64,000 bases of DNA, taken from sequence record OZ196593.1. One strand, given 5' to 3'. Position 1 is the first letter of the stretch. Every line of letters starts with the position of its first letter. Position numbers and translations under genes: made by a program. The notes under the pieces are model-generated. The model saw only the letters and a program-made list of their open reading frames with translations. It was not told the DNA's origin and made no database searches. Positions 34,224 to 43,537 of this stretch are shown here, one piece after another.

Positions 34224-34900
34224 ATGAAAATCAACTTACGCAAACTTCTAATGTGGTGGGACGAGCAAGAACAACTAGCTGACATGTTCACTGAGTTCGT
34301 TCTAGAATACGCTATGAAAGCAGGTAGCGATAACTTCGTTTCTGACTATGCACGTGTTCTACGCGATTCTGGCAAGTTTACAGTGCCGAATCTAGCTGAC
34401 TTAGAAAGTCTATTGCGTCATGCGGGTTTGAATACAGAGTTCGACGGTCGTCAAACACGCGTTAATCTATAGAGGTAATCATGTTCAAGAATTTTTGGTA
34501 CAAACTATTCGGTGACCCTGAATGGAAAGTTGCGGGCTATACAAAGCAACATAGATTTTCAGTGACTGGTTCATGGGGTGATACAGGCAAGGTTACGTGC
34601 CGTGCAGTTGTTCTAGTCAACAAACACGACGAACGTACCATCAGAATTGTGTATGATGAATATGACTACACTCAGTCATTAAGTGACACACATCATCGTC
34701 TCATTGACAAGATTATTTCTGTTAAAAAGCAAAATCTGATTCACAGTAGTATGTCAACGAAGAAGCTCAACTCGTATGACGACTTTGACTTGTGTCTACA
34801 CCATAACGCATTCTTTGACTGGGAATCATTCAACGACGATTTCATATACGGTGAAGTCAATCTAGATGGCACATTAATCGAAAAGAGCGAAGCGGAATAA
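34224..34900 (+). other. Hypothetical CDS 34224-34472 and 34481-34900
   Basis: ORFs with leader or RBS. Confidence 0.7.
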
Positions 34901-34978
34901 TGGTAGAGGCGGAAAAATTCCGTCTCATCTTAGTAGAATTAGTGATCTTCGAGATATTCGAGATATTAGGAGTATTAT

Positions 34979-35671
34979 ATGAATCGTAAACTTGCACTTG
35001 TAGCTGCATTTGCAGCATTTGCACTGACTGGCTGTAATGACGTTACACTCGCAACAACAACAAACGAGAAAATTCTTGCAGTGCGTGATGTTTTAAATCA
35101 CGAAGAATCTGTTATGATTAATCGATGGCTTGAATTAGCAAGTCGTGATTCGTACTTGTACGATGATATGTGGGCTGCGCTTGCGACTCGTAACAAGTAT
35201 GGCGGGACAGCTAATCAACGTTCTAACTCAGAACTGCCGTTCTGTGATGTGATCGAGGGTGTCGTAAAGAGTGAAAAACGTATTCGTGATTCATTCAAAG
35301 GCACGTTGTCTAATCAGTGGAAGACGAAATACGGTTTGACTCTTGCTCAACAGTGTGATTACACGCCACCACTGACGAAGAAAGAAAAAATAGCGTTGAT
35401 TGAAGAACGCGAAATCGATCTTCAGCTTGAAGAAGCGAAAACGTCTCAACCAAAGACGATGAACGAAGTCGTTGATTCGGTTAACACGTTGCTTGACCCG
35501 CATGAGTATGACTATCTGATTGAGTCTGCGCGTGAGTGTAAACGTGCTAAGGTGAAGTTGTTGAGTCTGACTAACGTAGGTCAACCATTGACGATACAAG
35601 ACGGTGACGACGCTCGTAAGCTAATCATCGAATGTAAAATGCACAAACTAGAAGTGGAATTGAACAAATGA
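34979..35671 (+). CDS. Lipoprotein, paralogue of 53564-54283
   Basis: Lipobox ALTGC; PFCDVI, QW..KYG.TL..QC, CK/NRAK.KL, C.MH.LEVELNK shared with the paralogue. Confidence 0.85.
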   Translation: MNRKLALVAAFAAFALTGCNDVTLATTTNEKILAVRDVLNHEESVMINRWLELASRDSYLYDDMWAALATRNKYGGTANQRSNSELPFCDVIEGVVKSEKRIRDSFKGTLSNQWKTKYGLTLAQQCDYTPPLTKKEKIALIEEREIDLQLEEAKTSQPKTMNEVVDSVNTLLDPHEYDYLIESARECKRAKVKLLSLTNVGQPLTIQDGDDARKLIIECKMHKLEVELNK

Positions 35672-36450
35672 AAAAACTAACATGTGACGTTATGCTGAGA
35701 CGCGGCGTTGATCTACACGATGGCGATACAATCGCGAACGTTGACGATGATGATTGGTCGGTAGCGTTCTGGGGTCAATGTTGCCAGACGATTATATCTG
35801 GTCAGAACGTATGCCCTGCTTGGGTTATTCGAAACTTCGCTTGGCGTGATTACTCGATGAACAAGCCGACTGAGGGTAGCAACTATCCAGTTGAATACAG
35901 AGTCGCAGGCGGTGGTATTGGTTTCACGACCTCTAATCATCTTGCTCAAACTAAACTAATTAAAGAATGGAGACCTTGCATGAAATCGTTGCAAGTCGAT
36001 ACCGTAACACCGAAGAGCGTTGAAGCCCTTCTCGAAGAACTTGGTGAAATGCCGTCAACGACTGCTGAACAAGTTGTCGATGAATCACTTCCTGCTAACG
36101 GAACGCAGTCGCTGCACGAAGAAAACGGCATGACAGATGCAGAACTAGACGAAGCACTCGACGTAATCACTGAGTTCGCGACTGAACCAGACGACATTCC
36201 GCGTCTTGATATGTCTAAAGTTCCTACTGTGATTTACATGGGCAAGCCTCACGCGATTATCGGTGATGACCCGTTTGACTTTGAATACATGTACCTCATC
36301 GGTGATAATCAAATCGCGGTGCGTGTTCCCAAGACTCAAGTCGCGACACAAACCGAGTTCGACGAAGCAGCGCGATTCGAGCTTGAACACAAACAGATGT
36401 GGACAACTCAAGACTACGTTCACTTGATTCGTTCTGTTCGCGAAGTGTGA
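35668..36450 (+). CDS. Hypothetical protein with acidic linker
   Basis: 260-aa ORF coupled to the lipoprotein gene. Confidence 0.7.
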   Translation: MKKLTCDVMLRRGVDLHDGDTIANVDDDDWSVAFWGQCCQTIISGQNVCPAWVIRNFAWRDYSMNKPTEGSNYPVEYRVAGGGIGFTTSNHLAQTKLIKEWRPCMKSLQVDTVTPKSVEALLEELGEMPSTTAEQVVDESLPANGTQSLHEENGMTDAELDEALDVITEFATEPDDIPRLDMSKVPTVIYMGKPHAIIGDDPFDFEYMYLIGDNQIAVRVPKTQVATQTEFDEAARFELEHKQMWTTQDYVHLIRSVREV

Positions 36451-36464
36451 TGAAAATCACATAT
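36443..36464. promoter_or_regulatory. CRP box (perfect core)
   Basis: AAGTGTGATGAAAATCACATAT: TGTGA-N6-TCACA centred about -60.5 from the estimated start of the promoter at 36479. Confidence 0.7.
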
Positions 36465-36472
36465 TAAATATA

Positions 36473-36507
36473 CAGGGGTTGCATTGCAGCCCCTTTAACT
36501 GTAAGAT
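36473..36507 (+). promoter_or_regulatory. Hairpin-embedded sigma70 promoter
   Basis: AGGGGTTGC-ATT-GCAGCCCCTTT holds TTGCAT (36479)-17-TAAGAT. Confidence 0.75.
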
Positions 36508-36540
36508 GTATTCAGTTACTTAATTCAAGGGAATAAAACA

Positions 36541-37968
36541 ATGAAAAAACTAATTTTAGCATCAGTTGTTTCGACATTCATCTTAGCCGGTTGTGGTGGC
36601 GGAGGTTCTGAGGGTGATTGTGGCGATTGCAACGCACCTGATCCAACACCAACAACTACGATCACTGGTAAAGTGATTGATGGTTACGTGTCTGGTGCGA
36701 CAGTCTTCTTAGATTTGAACGCAAACTCTGAGCTAGATAGCGGTGAGCCGTCAACTGTGACTCAAGCAGCGGGCGCGTACTCATTAGATTTGAACAGTGA
36801 TCAAGACGCATGTGTTGGCTATGTTCCAATCGTGACTCACGTTCCAGTCGGTGCGATTGACTCTGACTACGGTGAAGTTACAGAAGCTTATACGATGGTT
36901 ACACCGCCAACGTTTGAGCGCGACGAGCCGCAAAACGTCACACCACTGACTACAATGGTTTGGCAAGAAGCAATTTCTGGTCTAGAAATGGATCACTCTC
37001 AAGCATACGCAAATGGCGGGTGTCAAGAGATTGCACAAAACGAAGAGCTTTACAATGAGCTTTCAACTCAACTTGACGCGTCAGTTATCGAGTTTCAACG
37101 AGCTTACAACATGACAGAAGAAGAAATCTTCTCTGATTATGTTGCACGTGGTGACGTTGAAGCGCACGCACTAGCAGCCGCAGCGGTTGAAGGTTTTCAA
37201 CGTGCTTATGCTGAACGCGCAGTCATGATTGAAGAAGGTAAGCACGTGTGGGCACACATGTATACGTATGTTGAACAAGCGAATGCAAACACGCGTAACG
37301 CTAACCCGTATTCATGGAAACTTCATACTGGTTATAGTGAAGATTTGAGTGCTGATTCTGCACGAACTTACTCAGAAATCACGCTAGTTGATGATCTTGA
37401 TGCTCCGATTAACACGTATGTTATCTTTGCAACTGACGTACTTGACGACAAAGTGACACTTGAAACATACGACCGCGTTGCTGTGAGCACTGGTTTCATC
37501 ATCGATGATAACGTATGTAAAGGTTCAGTTGGATTTGATGCACATGATAAACGCGGTGAAGCAACATACTACCGTCGCATGGCAACTGGTCATCTAGTCG
37601 ATTCAGTTCAAGCATGTGCTGATAGCTACGACACTACGCTTACTAACGACTCAATCGAGCAGTCTTCTAATCTAGAATACTTCTACATGGGTTCAGAGAT
37701 TGGCGGTTCGCCTGCAATGGCTTACGACATCTACGACGTTGACGGCATCATCGGTGAGCTTGACAACTGGTACATTGGTTACTATCAAGTTGATACTGAA
37801 ATGCCATTCGCAGACTGGTGGAGAAAGGGTGTACGTCTTCCTGAGAACGACTTGATGACTGAACACACTCGTGACATCGACGGCTACGAAGAAACAACAA
37901 TCTGGTACAACGACGGTACATACGAGCGTACTTGCTTTGTTGACAGCGTACCAACAACATGTAAATAA
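36541..37968 (+). CDS. Large acidic lipoprotein with bacterial-type N-terminal beta-sandwich
   Basis: Lipobox FILAGC followed by GGGGS; ITGKVIDGYVSGATVFLDLN.N..LD.GEP...T...G.Y pattern. Confidence 0.8.
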   Translation: MKKLILASVVSTFILAGCGGGGSEGDCGDCNAPDPTPTTTITGKVIDGYVSGATVFLDLNANSELDSGEPSTVTQAAGAYSLDLNSDQDACVGYVPIVTHVPVGAIDSDYGEVTEAYTMVTPPTFERDEPQNVTPLTTMVWQEAISGLEMDHSQAYANGGCQEIAQNEELYNELSTQLDASVIEFQRAYNMTEEEIFSDYVARGDVEAHALAAAAVEGFQRAYAERAVMIEEGKHVWAHMYTYVEQANANTRNANPYSWKLHTGYSEDLSADSARTYSEITLVDDLDAPINTYVIFATDVLDDKVTLETYDRVAVSTGFIIDDNVCKGSVGFDAHDKRGEATYYRRMATGHLVDSVQACADSYDTTLTNDSIEQSSNLEYFYMGSEIGGSPAMAYDIYDVDGIIGELDNWYIGYYQVDTEMPFADWWRKGVRLPENDLMTEHTRDIDGYEETTIWYNDGTYERTCFVDSVPTTCK

Positions 37969-37978
37969 CACGATATTG

Positions 37979-38001
37979 AAAGCTCCTTCGGGAGCTTTTT
38001 T
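37979..38001 (+). terminator. UUCG intrinsic terminator
   Basis: AAAGCTCC-TTCG-GGAGCTTTTTT. Confidence 0.9.
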
Positions 38002-38003
38002 CG

Positions 38004-38032
38004 TTTATAGTGTCGTATAAACATAGTACAAT
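38004..38032 (+). promoter_or_regulatory. Promoter region of the radical-SAM operon (late-like and/or sigma70-like)
   Basis: TATAAACA at 38016-38023 (7/8 to T4 late TATAAATA); also TTTATA-17-TACAAT. Confidence 0.45.
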
Positions 38033-38047
38033 GATGATGAGGTGAAT

Positions 38048-39271
38048 ATGAAAACTGGAAATATACGTACTGAAGACGACCCAATTTGTTTAGCGCCATT
38101 TGTAGGCTTGTTTAGCGCGCCTGCTAGAATGTCGCCGTGTTGTGAAATGGTTCACGACGGCTATAAAGACTTAGACGAAATGTGGAATAGTGATTTGATG
38201 AAAGGTCTACGAAAGAGCTTCATCAACGGTGACACTGAAAACATACCGAACTACTGCAAAGACTGCTTAAAGTCTCCAACGTCACATCGTGACTATTACT
38301 ATCTACCTGACCGGTCTTACTACAAAGAGACGTTTGAAAAATACAAGCACAGCGTGCTAGAAGATGGCACGATGACTGAAACTCCAATTTCATATCTTGC
38401 AATCGGTGTTTCGAACAAGTGCAATCTCGCGTGTCGTATCTGTTACCCAGGTATCAGCTCGAAACGTCAATCTATCGCTGAGTCAATCGGTGAAATCTCT
38501 GTAAAAGAACTGCTACCGAGCTTAGTCGATGAAAAATACGAAGCGGACAACGAACTAGATTACGAGAAGCTTCTAATTGAGCACTCAGACACGCTAGACG
38601 AGGTTGTAATACATGGCGGTGACCCAACGCAACACAAAGATCTTCCGTTTCTTCTAGACCTCTTAGAGAAGCATTTAAAGCCCGATTGTAAAATCAGCTT
38701 CTTGTCGAACGGTACATTTAGAAAGTGCATTGACGGTGAAGTAATCTGGGACAAGCTGCGTCGCTTCAAAAATCTGCATGTTGTGTTCAGCATGGACAGC
38801 ACGAAAGAAGTGAACGAGTACAGTCGTACGGGATTGAAGCATGACAGACTAGTGAAACTCATTTGGGAAGCTAAAGAAGCAATCCCCCATGCATACATTG
38901 GGTGTCACGCGACGTTGAACAACATGACCGTAGTTCGATTTGCTGAGTTCTTAGCGTATTACGAGAAAGAGTTTTTCGACAGGGGTGTGTGGTTGAGCTG
39001 TAACGTAGTTAACGGCCCAAAAGAATACAGCCCGTGTAACTTGCCTGTTAAGCTGCGTGCTCAAGTAATGATGGACTTGCATAAACTGAAGTTCGACCAC
39101 TGGCATATGGAAGAAATGCGACAATGGGCTATCAAAGCTGTGACGTTGCAACCATTTGATCAGCATCTTTGGAACAAGTTCTTAGTGAAAGAACAGAAGA
39201 TGGACAAACTTGTTGGCGATGACATGTTCGCTGTCTTGCCTGAATTTAAGGAATATCAATGCATAATGTAG
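38048..39271 (+). CDS. Radical SAM protein 1 with N-terminal twitch/SPASM-like Cys domain
   Basis: CLAPF..SPCC..CKDC; CNLACRIC; HGGDPT; SNGT; FSMDS. Confidence 0.92.
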   Translation: MKTGNIRTEDDPICLAPFVGLFSAPARMSPCCEMVHDGYKDLDEMWNSDLMKGLRKSFINGDTENIPNYCKDCLKSPTSHRDYYYLPDRSYYKETFEKYKHSVLEDGTMTETPISYLAIGVSNKCNLACRICYPGISSKRQSIAESIGEISVKELLPSLVDEKYEADNELDYEKLLIEHSDTLDEVVIHGGDPTQHKDLPFLLDLLEKHLKPDCKISFLSNGTFRKCIDGEVIWDKLRRFKNLHVVFSMDSTKEVNEYSRTGLKHDRLVKLIWEAKEAIPHAYIGCHATLNNMTVVRFAEFLAYYEKEFFDRGVWLSCNVVNGPKEYSPCNLPVKLRAQVMMDLHKLKFDHWHMEEMRQWAIKAVTLQPFDQHLWNKFLVKEQKMDKLVGDDMFAVLPEFKEYQCIM

Positions 39272-40194
39272 TGTTTATTTCAAGTATAGGTGATGCAGAA
39301 TATCATTCGATTGGTCGCGTGTTGATTGAATCAATTCGTTATAATTCTCCTAACCCGAATTATGATTTAGTGTGGTTCATGGATGGTGAAGAAGTTGATA
39401 TGTCAGACGTTGATTGTATAACTGAGCGGGTTACCGCGCCGGTTATGCCGAACCCATTTAATTACCCAGATACGTTTGTGTCTGGGTGTGCGATGAAAAT
39501 AATATGTGCTGAATACCTACAACAGCGCGGTTATAAACGCGCAGTCTCTATTGATTTCGATACGATAGTGAACATAGATTTGAATGCATTATTTGATCTT
39601 GACATGAACGACATTGAAATCGCAGGTGTTTCTGGTTGCGGGTGTGCGATGTTCAGTCATTATAGTGAAAAGCTGCCAAAGATCAGGGACATTGGTGATA
39701 CGACATCGAACCCTGACATGTTTTGCAATAAGCCCGAGACCGATGAAGCAATATGTAAACGAAAGTTTAATGGTGGGTTGTATGTATTCAATATGGACAT
39801 GTGTGTGTTCAATGATTACGTTGAGTTGTATAAGAGCAACCCGATGAGAAATAATGACGAGGATTATGTGGAGCGCACGTTCACGAAGAAAATGATGCTC
39901 CCGCGTGAGTTGAATTACTTTGTGTTGTTTGGGGATCAGTTAATCAGACAGAACCCAGCTCTATACAAAAAAATTAACCACGACGCGTATAGCGCAAGTA
40001 TTATGCACTATCAGTATGTTTCTAAGCCATTTCATTTTGAAGGGCCCGGGAATCTGAACAATGAGCTTCATAGTCCGGTTAAGTATTTTAAATATTTTGA
40101 CCGAGTTCGTGACAAAATGCCCGACGTGTTTTGTGACAATGTTGATGCTTTCAAACGCTATTATAATGATGAACTGATAATGAGGTTGCGATGA
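39259..40194 (+). CDS. Glycosyltransferase family 8-like (GT-A)
   Basis: SIDFDTIV (DxD), FNGGLYVFN, IMHY...KPF. Confidence 0.85.
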   Translation: MHNVVFISSIGDAEYHSIGRVLIESIRYNSPNPNYDLVWFMDGEEVDMSDVDCITERVTAPVMPNPFNYPDTFVSGCAMKIICAEYLQQRGYKRAVSIDFDTIVNIDLNALFDLDMNDIEIAGVSGCGCAMFSHYSEKLPKIRDIGDTTSNPDMFCNKPETDEAICKRKFNGGLYVFNMDMCVFNDYVELYKSNPMRNNDEDYVERTFTKKMMLPRELNYFVLFGDQLIRQNPALYKKINHDAYSASIMHYQYVSKPFHFEGPGNLNNELHSPVKYFKYFDRVRDKMPDVFCDNVDAFKRYYNDELIMRLR

Positions 40195-41351
40195 AATGTA
40201 CATTACCATTTGATGGTTTTTTCGTAAACGCGATGGGAAAATTTTCCCCGTGCTGTGCGTTGTCTGTAATGAACGAAGACAGCAACGAGGAATCATCTAT
40301 CACGATTGACATGGATGGTGATTTCATAAATCACGAACGCATGGTCGAGCTACGCAAAGAACATGCAAGTTGTGATATCAAAAATCAGACATGCATCGAC
40401 TGCATCGCGAGATATAAAGGTAGTGACACGTTTAATAGTGATTTGGTGAGTGGTGAATTGCCTGACACATATGACGCAGACACGGGTCGAATATCAACGC
40501 CAGATTTCAAACATTTGAATGTCGCGTTTAGCAATCGCTGCAACTTAGCATGCCGTATGTGTTCTTCGATGAACTCTAATAAGTTTGGCGAAATGATGCA
40601 CAACAAGATTCGATTACAAGACATTATCTACTTGTCTGATCAGTGGTATAACGAAGAAAATCCAGGTAAAGTAAACAACGCATTTGATGATGATAGTCTC
40701 GGGTACTTAATAGAACATAGCCAGAACACTGACACCATAACTATTCATGGCGGTGAACCCTTTCTCGAACCGAGAGTCGTGCAGTTCCTTGATTCTGTGA
40801 AGAAAACGAAGAAGTTATACATCACAACTAACGGAACTCGTAAACCAAGGCAAACTATAATCGACGCGATTAATAATAACAACTCAGGTATAATGTTCAG
40901 CATCGAGGGTACGAAAGATGTACAGGAATATGTTCGAATCGGATCGAAGATGAGCGACATTTGGGATAATATAGCTTACATACGAGAGAAGTGCCCGAGT
41001 GCTGAGTTTTACACGAATACGGTTGTCACTGCGTACAACTGGCTAGATCTGGCTGATTTCATTCGTTTAGCACCTGAGTTTTCGAAGTTCGGGGTGGTAA
41101 ATATGTTCCTTGATTGGAACGCCACATATAGCCACATTGATTTCTTTCATGTTCTGAGCGAAGAAGATTTCAATGAGGGTAAGTCTAGACTTACTAGAGT
41201 CATGTATGATATACATCACATGGATATCCCAGAACGTCTAAAGCAGTCATGTAGAAAGTCAGTTCAGCAATTCGTTCATGCTAAATATCAACCAAATGAA
41301 CGTCTAAAAGGTCACTTTAATGAGTACAATAAACAAGTCGATGATTTGTAA
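40191..41351 (+). CDS. Radical SAM protein 2 (same architecture)
   Basis: CTLPF..SPCC..CIDC; CNLACRMC; HGGEPF; TTNGT; FSIEG. Confidence 0.92.
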   Translation: MKCTLPFDGFFVNAMGKFSPCCALSVMNEDSNEESSITIDMDGDFINHERMVELRKEHASCDIKNQTCIDCIARYKGSDTFNSDLVSGELPDTYDADTGRISTPDFKHLNVAFSNRCNLACRMCSSMNSNKFGEMMHNKIRLQDIIYLSDQWYNEENPGKVNNAFDDDSLGYLIEHSQNTDTITIHGGEPFLEPRVVQFLDSVKKTKKLYITTNGTRKPRQTIIDAINNNNSGIMFSIEGTKDVQEYVRIGSKMSDIWDNIAYIREKCPSAEFYTNTVVTAYNWLDLADFIRLAPEFSKFGVVNMFLDWNATYSHIDFFHVLSEEDFNEGKSRLTRVMYDIHHMDIPERLKQSCRKSVQQFVHAKYQPNERLKGHFNEYNKQVDDL

Positions 41352-42450
41352 AGCACCGTTCACGTCTCAAGTAGTGTGGACTAGTGGCGAAGTTCAGATG
41401 TGTTGTAATGATCAGCCGAGTGAAAAGCAATACAGCTTAGAAGATGAATGGAACAGTGAGTCGCGCAAACAAGCACGACGTGAATGGTTGTCGGGTGAGA
41501 TTCCCGACCGTTGTAAGTCATGCGTGAAGCGTATGGAATCTGGTGATGCTACTCTCCCTGTTTGGTATGACAAGATCATCGAAACAGTTGAGCTAACCGA
41601 AGAAGTATCAATGCCTGTTTATCTGCATATGAGTCCGTCGAATCAGTGCAATCTCGCGTGTCGCATGTGCAACGGTGAGATATCAAGCACGTATGACAAA
41701 CTGATATGTGATTCATCGAATGGCGAACGACACAATGACATCGTTGAATATGTGAAGAAATGCTTGCCAAAGCTTGAGCACTATGTTTTTCACGGCGGTG
41801 ACCCGATGTTCTACAAAGACTTTCTTCGCGTTGTCGAAGTGCTGAAAGGGCGTAAAGATGATTTGTACATCAACGTAATCACGAACGGCACGCATCACAA
41901 GTCAGATGGCGTTGATATGATACCGCATTTGAAAGAGTTCAAGAACTTGAAAGTGACGTTTTCGATTGACAGCATCGGCAAGTACAACGACTACATGCGT
42001 ACTCTGACCAAGACGAGTCGCGTTGTTGACAACTTCAATAAATGGTGTCGCGAAGTTCCTCATGCAGAAATGTCTATACACACCATAACGACGAACATTT
42101 CTTCGCTCGGTATCGTTGAGCACTTGCGCAATATATACAACAGCGATATGTTTGACCGAGTTGATGCGTTCAGTCATTTCATGGTTGACTGGCCAGTTGA
42201 ATATCGCGTACACAATCAACCACCTGCGATGCGTCAGCGCGTGCTAGATAGCATCAATGAATTTCGCGATGAAGTCGAATCGTATATCGGTGCAGATATT
42301 GAAACTGCTAAGAACATTCTGATTAATATTGAGCGACAATTCGAACGACCATTTGACATTAAAGAATGGGCAATGTTCTTGAAGAAGAACAAAGAACACG
42401 ATGTACTGAGTAAATCAGACACGAGTATAATTGAAATTATGAAGGTCTAA
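41320..42450 (+). CDS. Radical SAM protein 3 (start may be 41341)
   Basis: CKAPF..QMCC..CKSC; CNLACRMC; HGGDPM; ITNGT; FSIDS. Confidence 0.92.
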   Translation: MSTINKSMICKAPFTSQVVWTSGEVQMCCNDQPSEKQYSLEDEWNSESRKQARREWLSGEIPDRCKSCVKRMESGDATLPVWYDKIIETVELTEEVSMPVYLHMSPSNQCNLACRMCNGEISSTYDKLICDSSNGERHNDIVEYVKKCLPKLEHYVFHGGDPMFYKDFLRVVEVLKGRKDDLYINVITNGTHHKSDGVDMIPHLKEFKNLKVTFSIDSIGKYNDYMRTLTKTSRVVDNFNKWCREVPHAEMSIHTITTNISSLGIVEHLRNIYNSDMFDRVDAFSHFMVDWPVEYRVHNQPPAMRQRVLDSINEFRDEVESYIGADIETAKNILINIERQFERPFDIKEWAMFLKKNKEHDVLSKSDTSIIEIMKV

Positions 42451-42451
42451 A

Positions 42452-43537
42452 ATGAAGAAAATTGGGATTATGATTGACGGCTATTTTGTGTCGTCTGGTT
42501 CTGGCATTAATACGTACGTACGTCACTTGTGTCAGACGCTGATTAAAGATCTTGGTTATGATGTGACGCTGTTCGTCGATACTCCGATTGAAGAGAAAGT
42601 GAGTCTCAATCAATACAACAAAATCGGTGTGAATATCGTGAACGCAAACGAGAACTATCGCGTGCGTACGTTCACTGCGTCATTCGAAGAGAATCACGTA
42701 GCTAGAGTATTCAAAGACATTTGTCAACCGTGGGTCGATGAGCATAAGCCAGTCGCGATGATTTCTCATAGCTACGGAACTGCTCTTGCTGTGCGCGACT
42801 TAGAGTTCGATGGTAAGAAATGCATCGTCACTCATATCGGTGATGTAATGGCGCCTGACTTACCCGACTTGTGGGACTTTGAAGATCATACAGTGCGCAG
42901 CTTCTTGCAATCGCTTGACAATAACGACATTGATTTGGTGTGTCAGACAGAAGGGATTGTGGACAATCATCTTAAAGTGCTGAAGAATCGCGACCGAAAG
43001 AGTTGTATTGTGTGTCATGAACCATTTCACGTTGCGATTGACCGACAGCTTAGACCTGTTCGTGAGGGAGCGATTGTAGTGGCGGGTAATTACAAGCGTA
43101 AGCGACTGCACGACGTGATCGATGTGTGCGCTAAAGCTGACATACCCTTGACGATAATCACGGGCGATAAGACGGGTTACGGCGAAGATTTAGACATGTA
43201 TTGCATCAAGCAAAAGGTTCGATACAACATCATCGAGAAACTAGCGAACGATTTCGTTGTTCCTCAGATTAGAAGTCATCGAATCATGATTCACTTGAGC
43301 GACATTGAAGTGTGTCCGTACAGTGTAATCGAAGCGATGCCGTACGTGCATTGTTTAGTGAAGAAAGGCGCGCCGTGGACTCACAAGTTTTACCCTGAAT
43401 ACACGACGCGAATCGATTTAGATGACATAGACATCGTAAAAGATGCCTATGAGAATTACGACAAGTACGAGACAATGGATCTCGCTGAGTATCAGAAGTC
43501 AGTTAACGACTCATGGGAAGCTTACTTGAGTTCGTGA
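42452..43537 (+). CDS. GT-B fold glycosyltransferase (GT4-like)
   Basis: N-terminal GSGINTY..L...L...GYDVT; C-terminal E-X7-E (IEVCPYSVIEA). Confidence 0.75.
   Translation: MKKIGIMIDGYFVSSGSGINTYVRHLCQTLIKDLGYDVTLFVDTPIEEKVSLNQYNKIGVNIVNANENYRVRTFTASFEENHVARVFKDICQPWVDEHKPVAMISHSYGTALAVRDLEFDGKKCIVTHIGDVMAPDLPDLWDFEDHTVRSFLQSLDNNDIDLVCQTEGIVDNHLKVLKNRDRKSCIVCHEPFHVAIDRQLRPVREGAIVVAGNYKRKRLHDVIDVCAKADIPLTIITGDKTGYGEDLDMYCIKQKVRYNIIEKLANDFVVPQIRSHRIMIHLSDIEVCPYSVIEAMPYVHCLVKKGAPWTHKFYPEYTTRIDLDDIDIVKDAYENYDKYETMDLAEYQKSVNDSWEAYLSS

Noticed and set aside
787-36450. Calling small early ORFs anti-CRISPR or anti-restriction proteins
   Set aside because: Size and acidity alone are not evidence; no recognisable family motifs or aca-like HTH neighbour
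36463-36470. ATTAAATA and other TAAATA hits (for example 62316-62323) as late promoters
   Set aside because: They lie in AT-rich UP-element positions of sigma70 promoters, and TAAATA is frequent by chance
1-38000. Numerous minus-strand ORFs in the track (for example 748-1014, 4696-5013, 13639-13941, 29617-29994)
   Set aside because: Antisense shadows of coupled plus-strand genes, with no RBS or motifs
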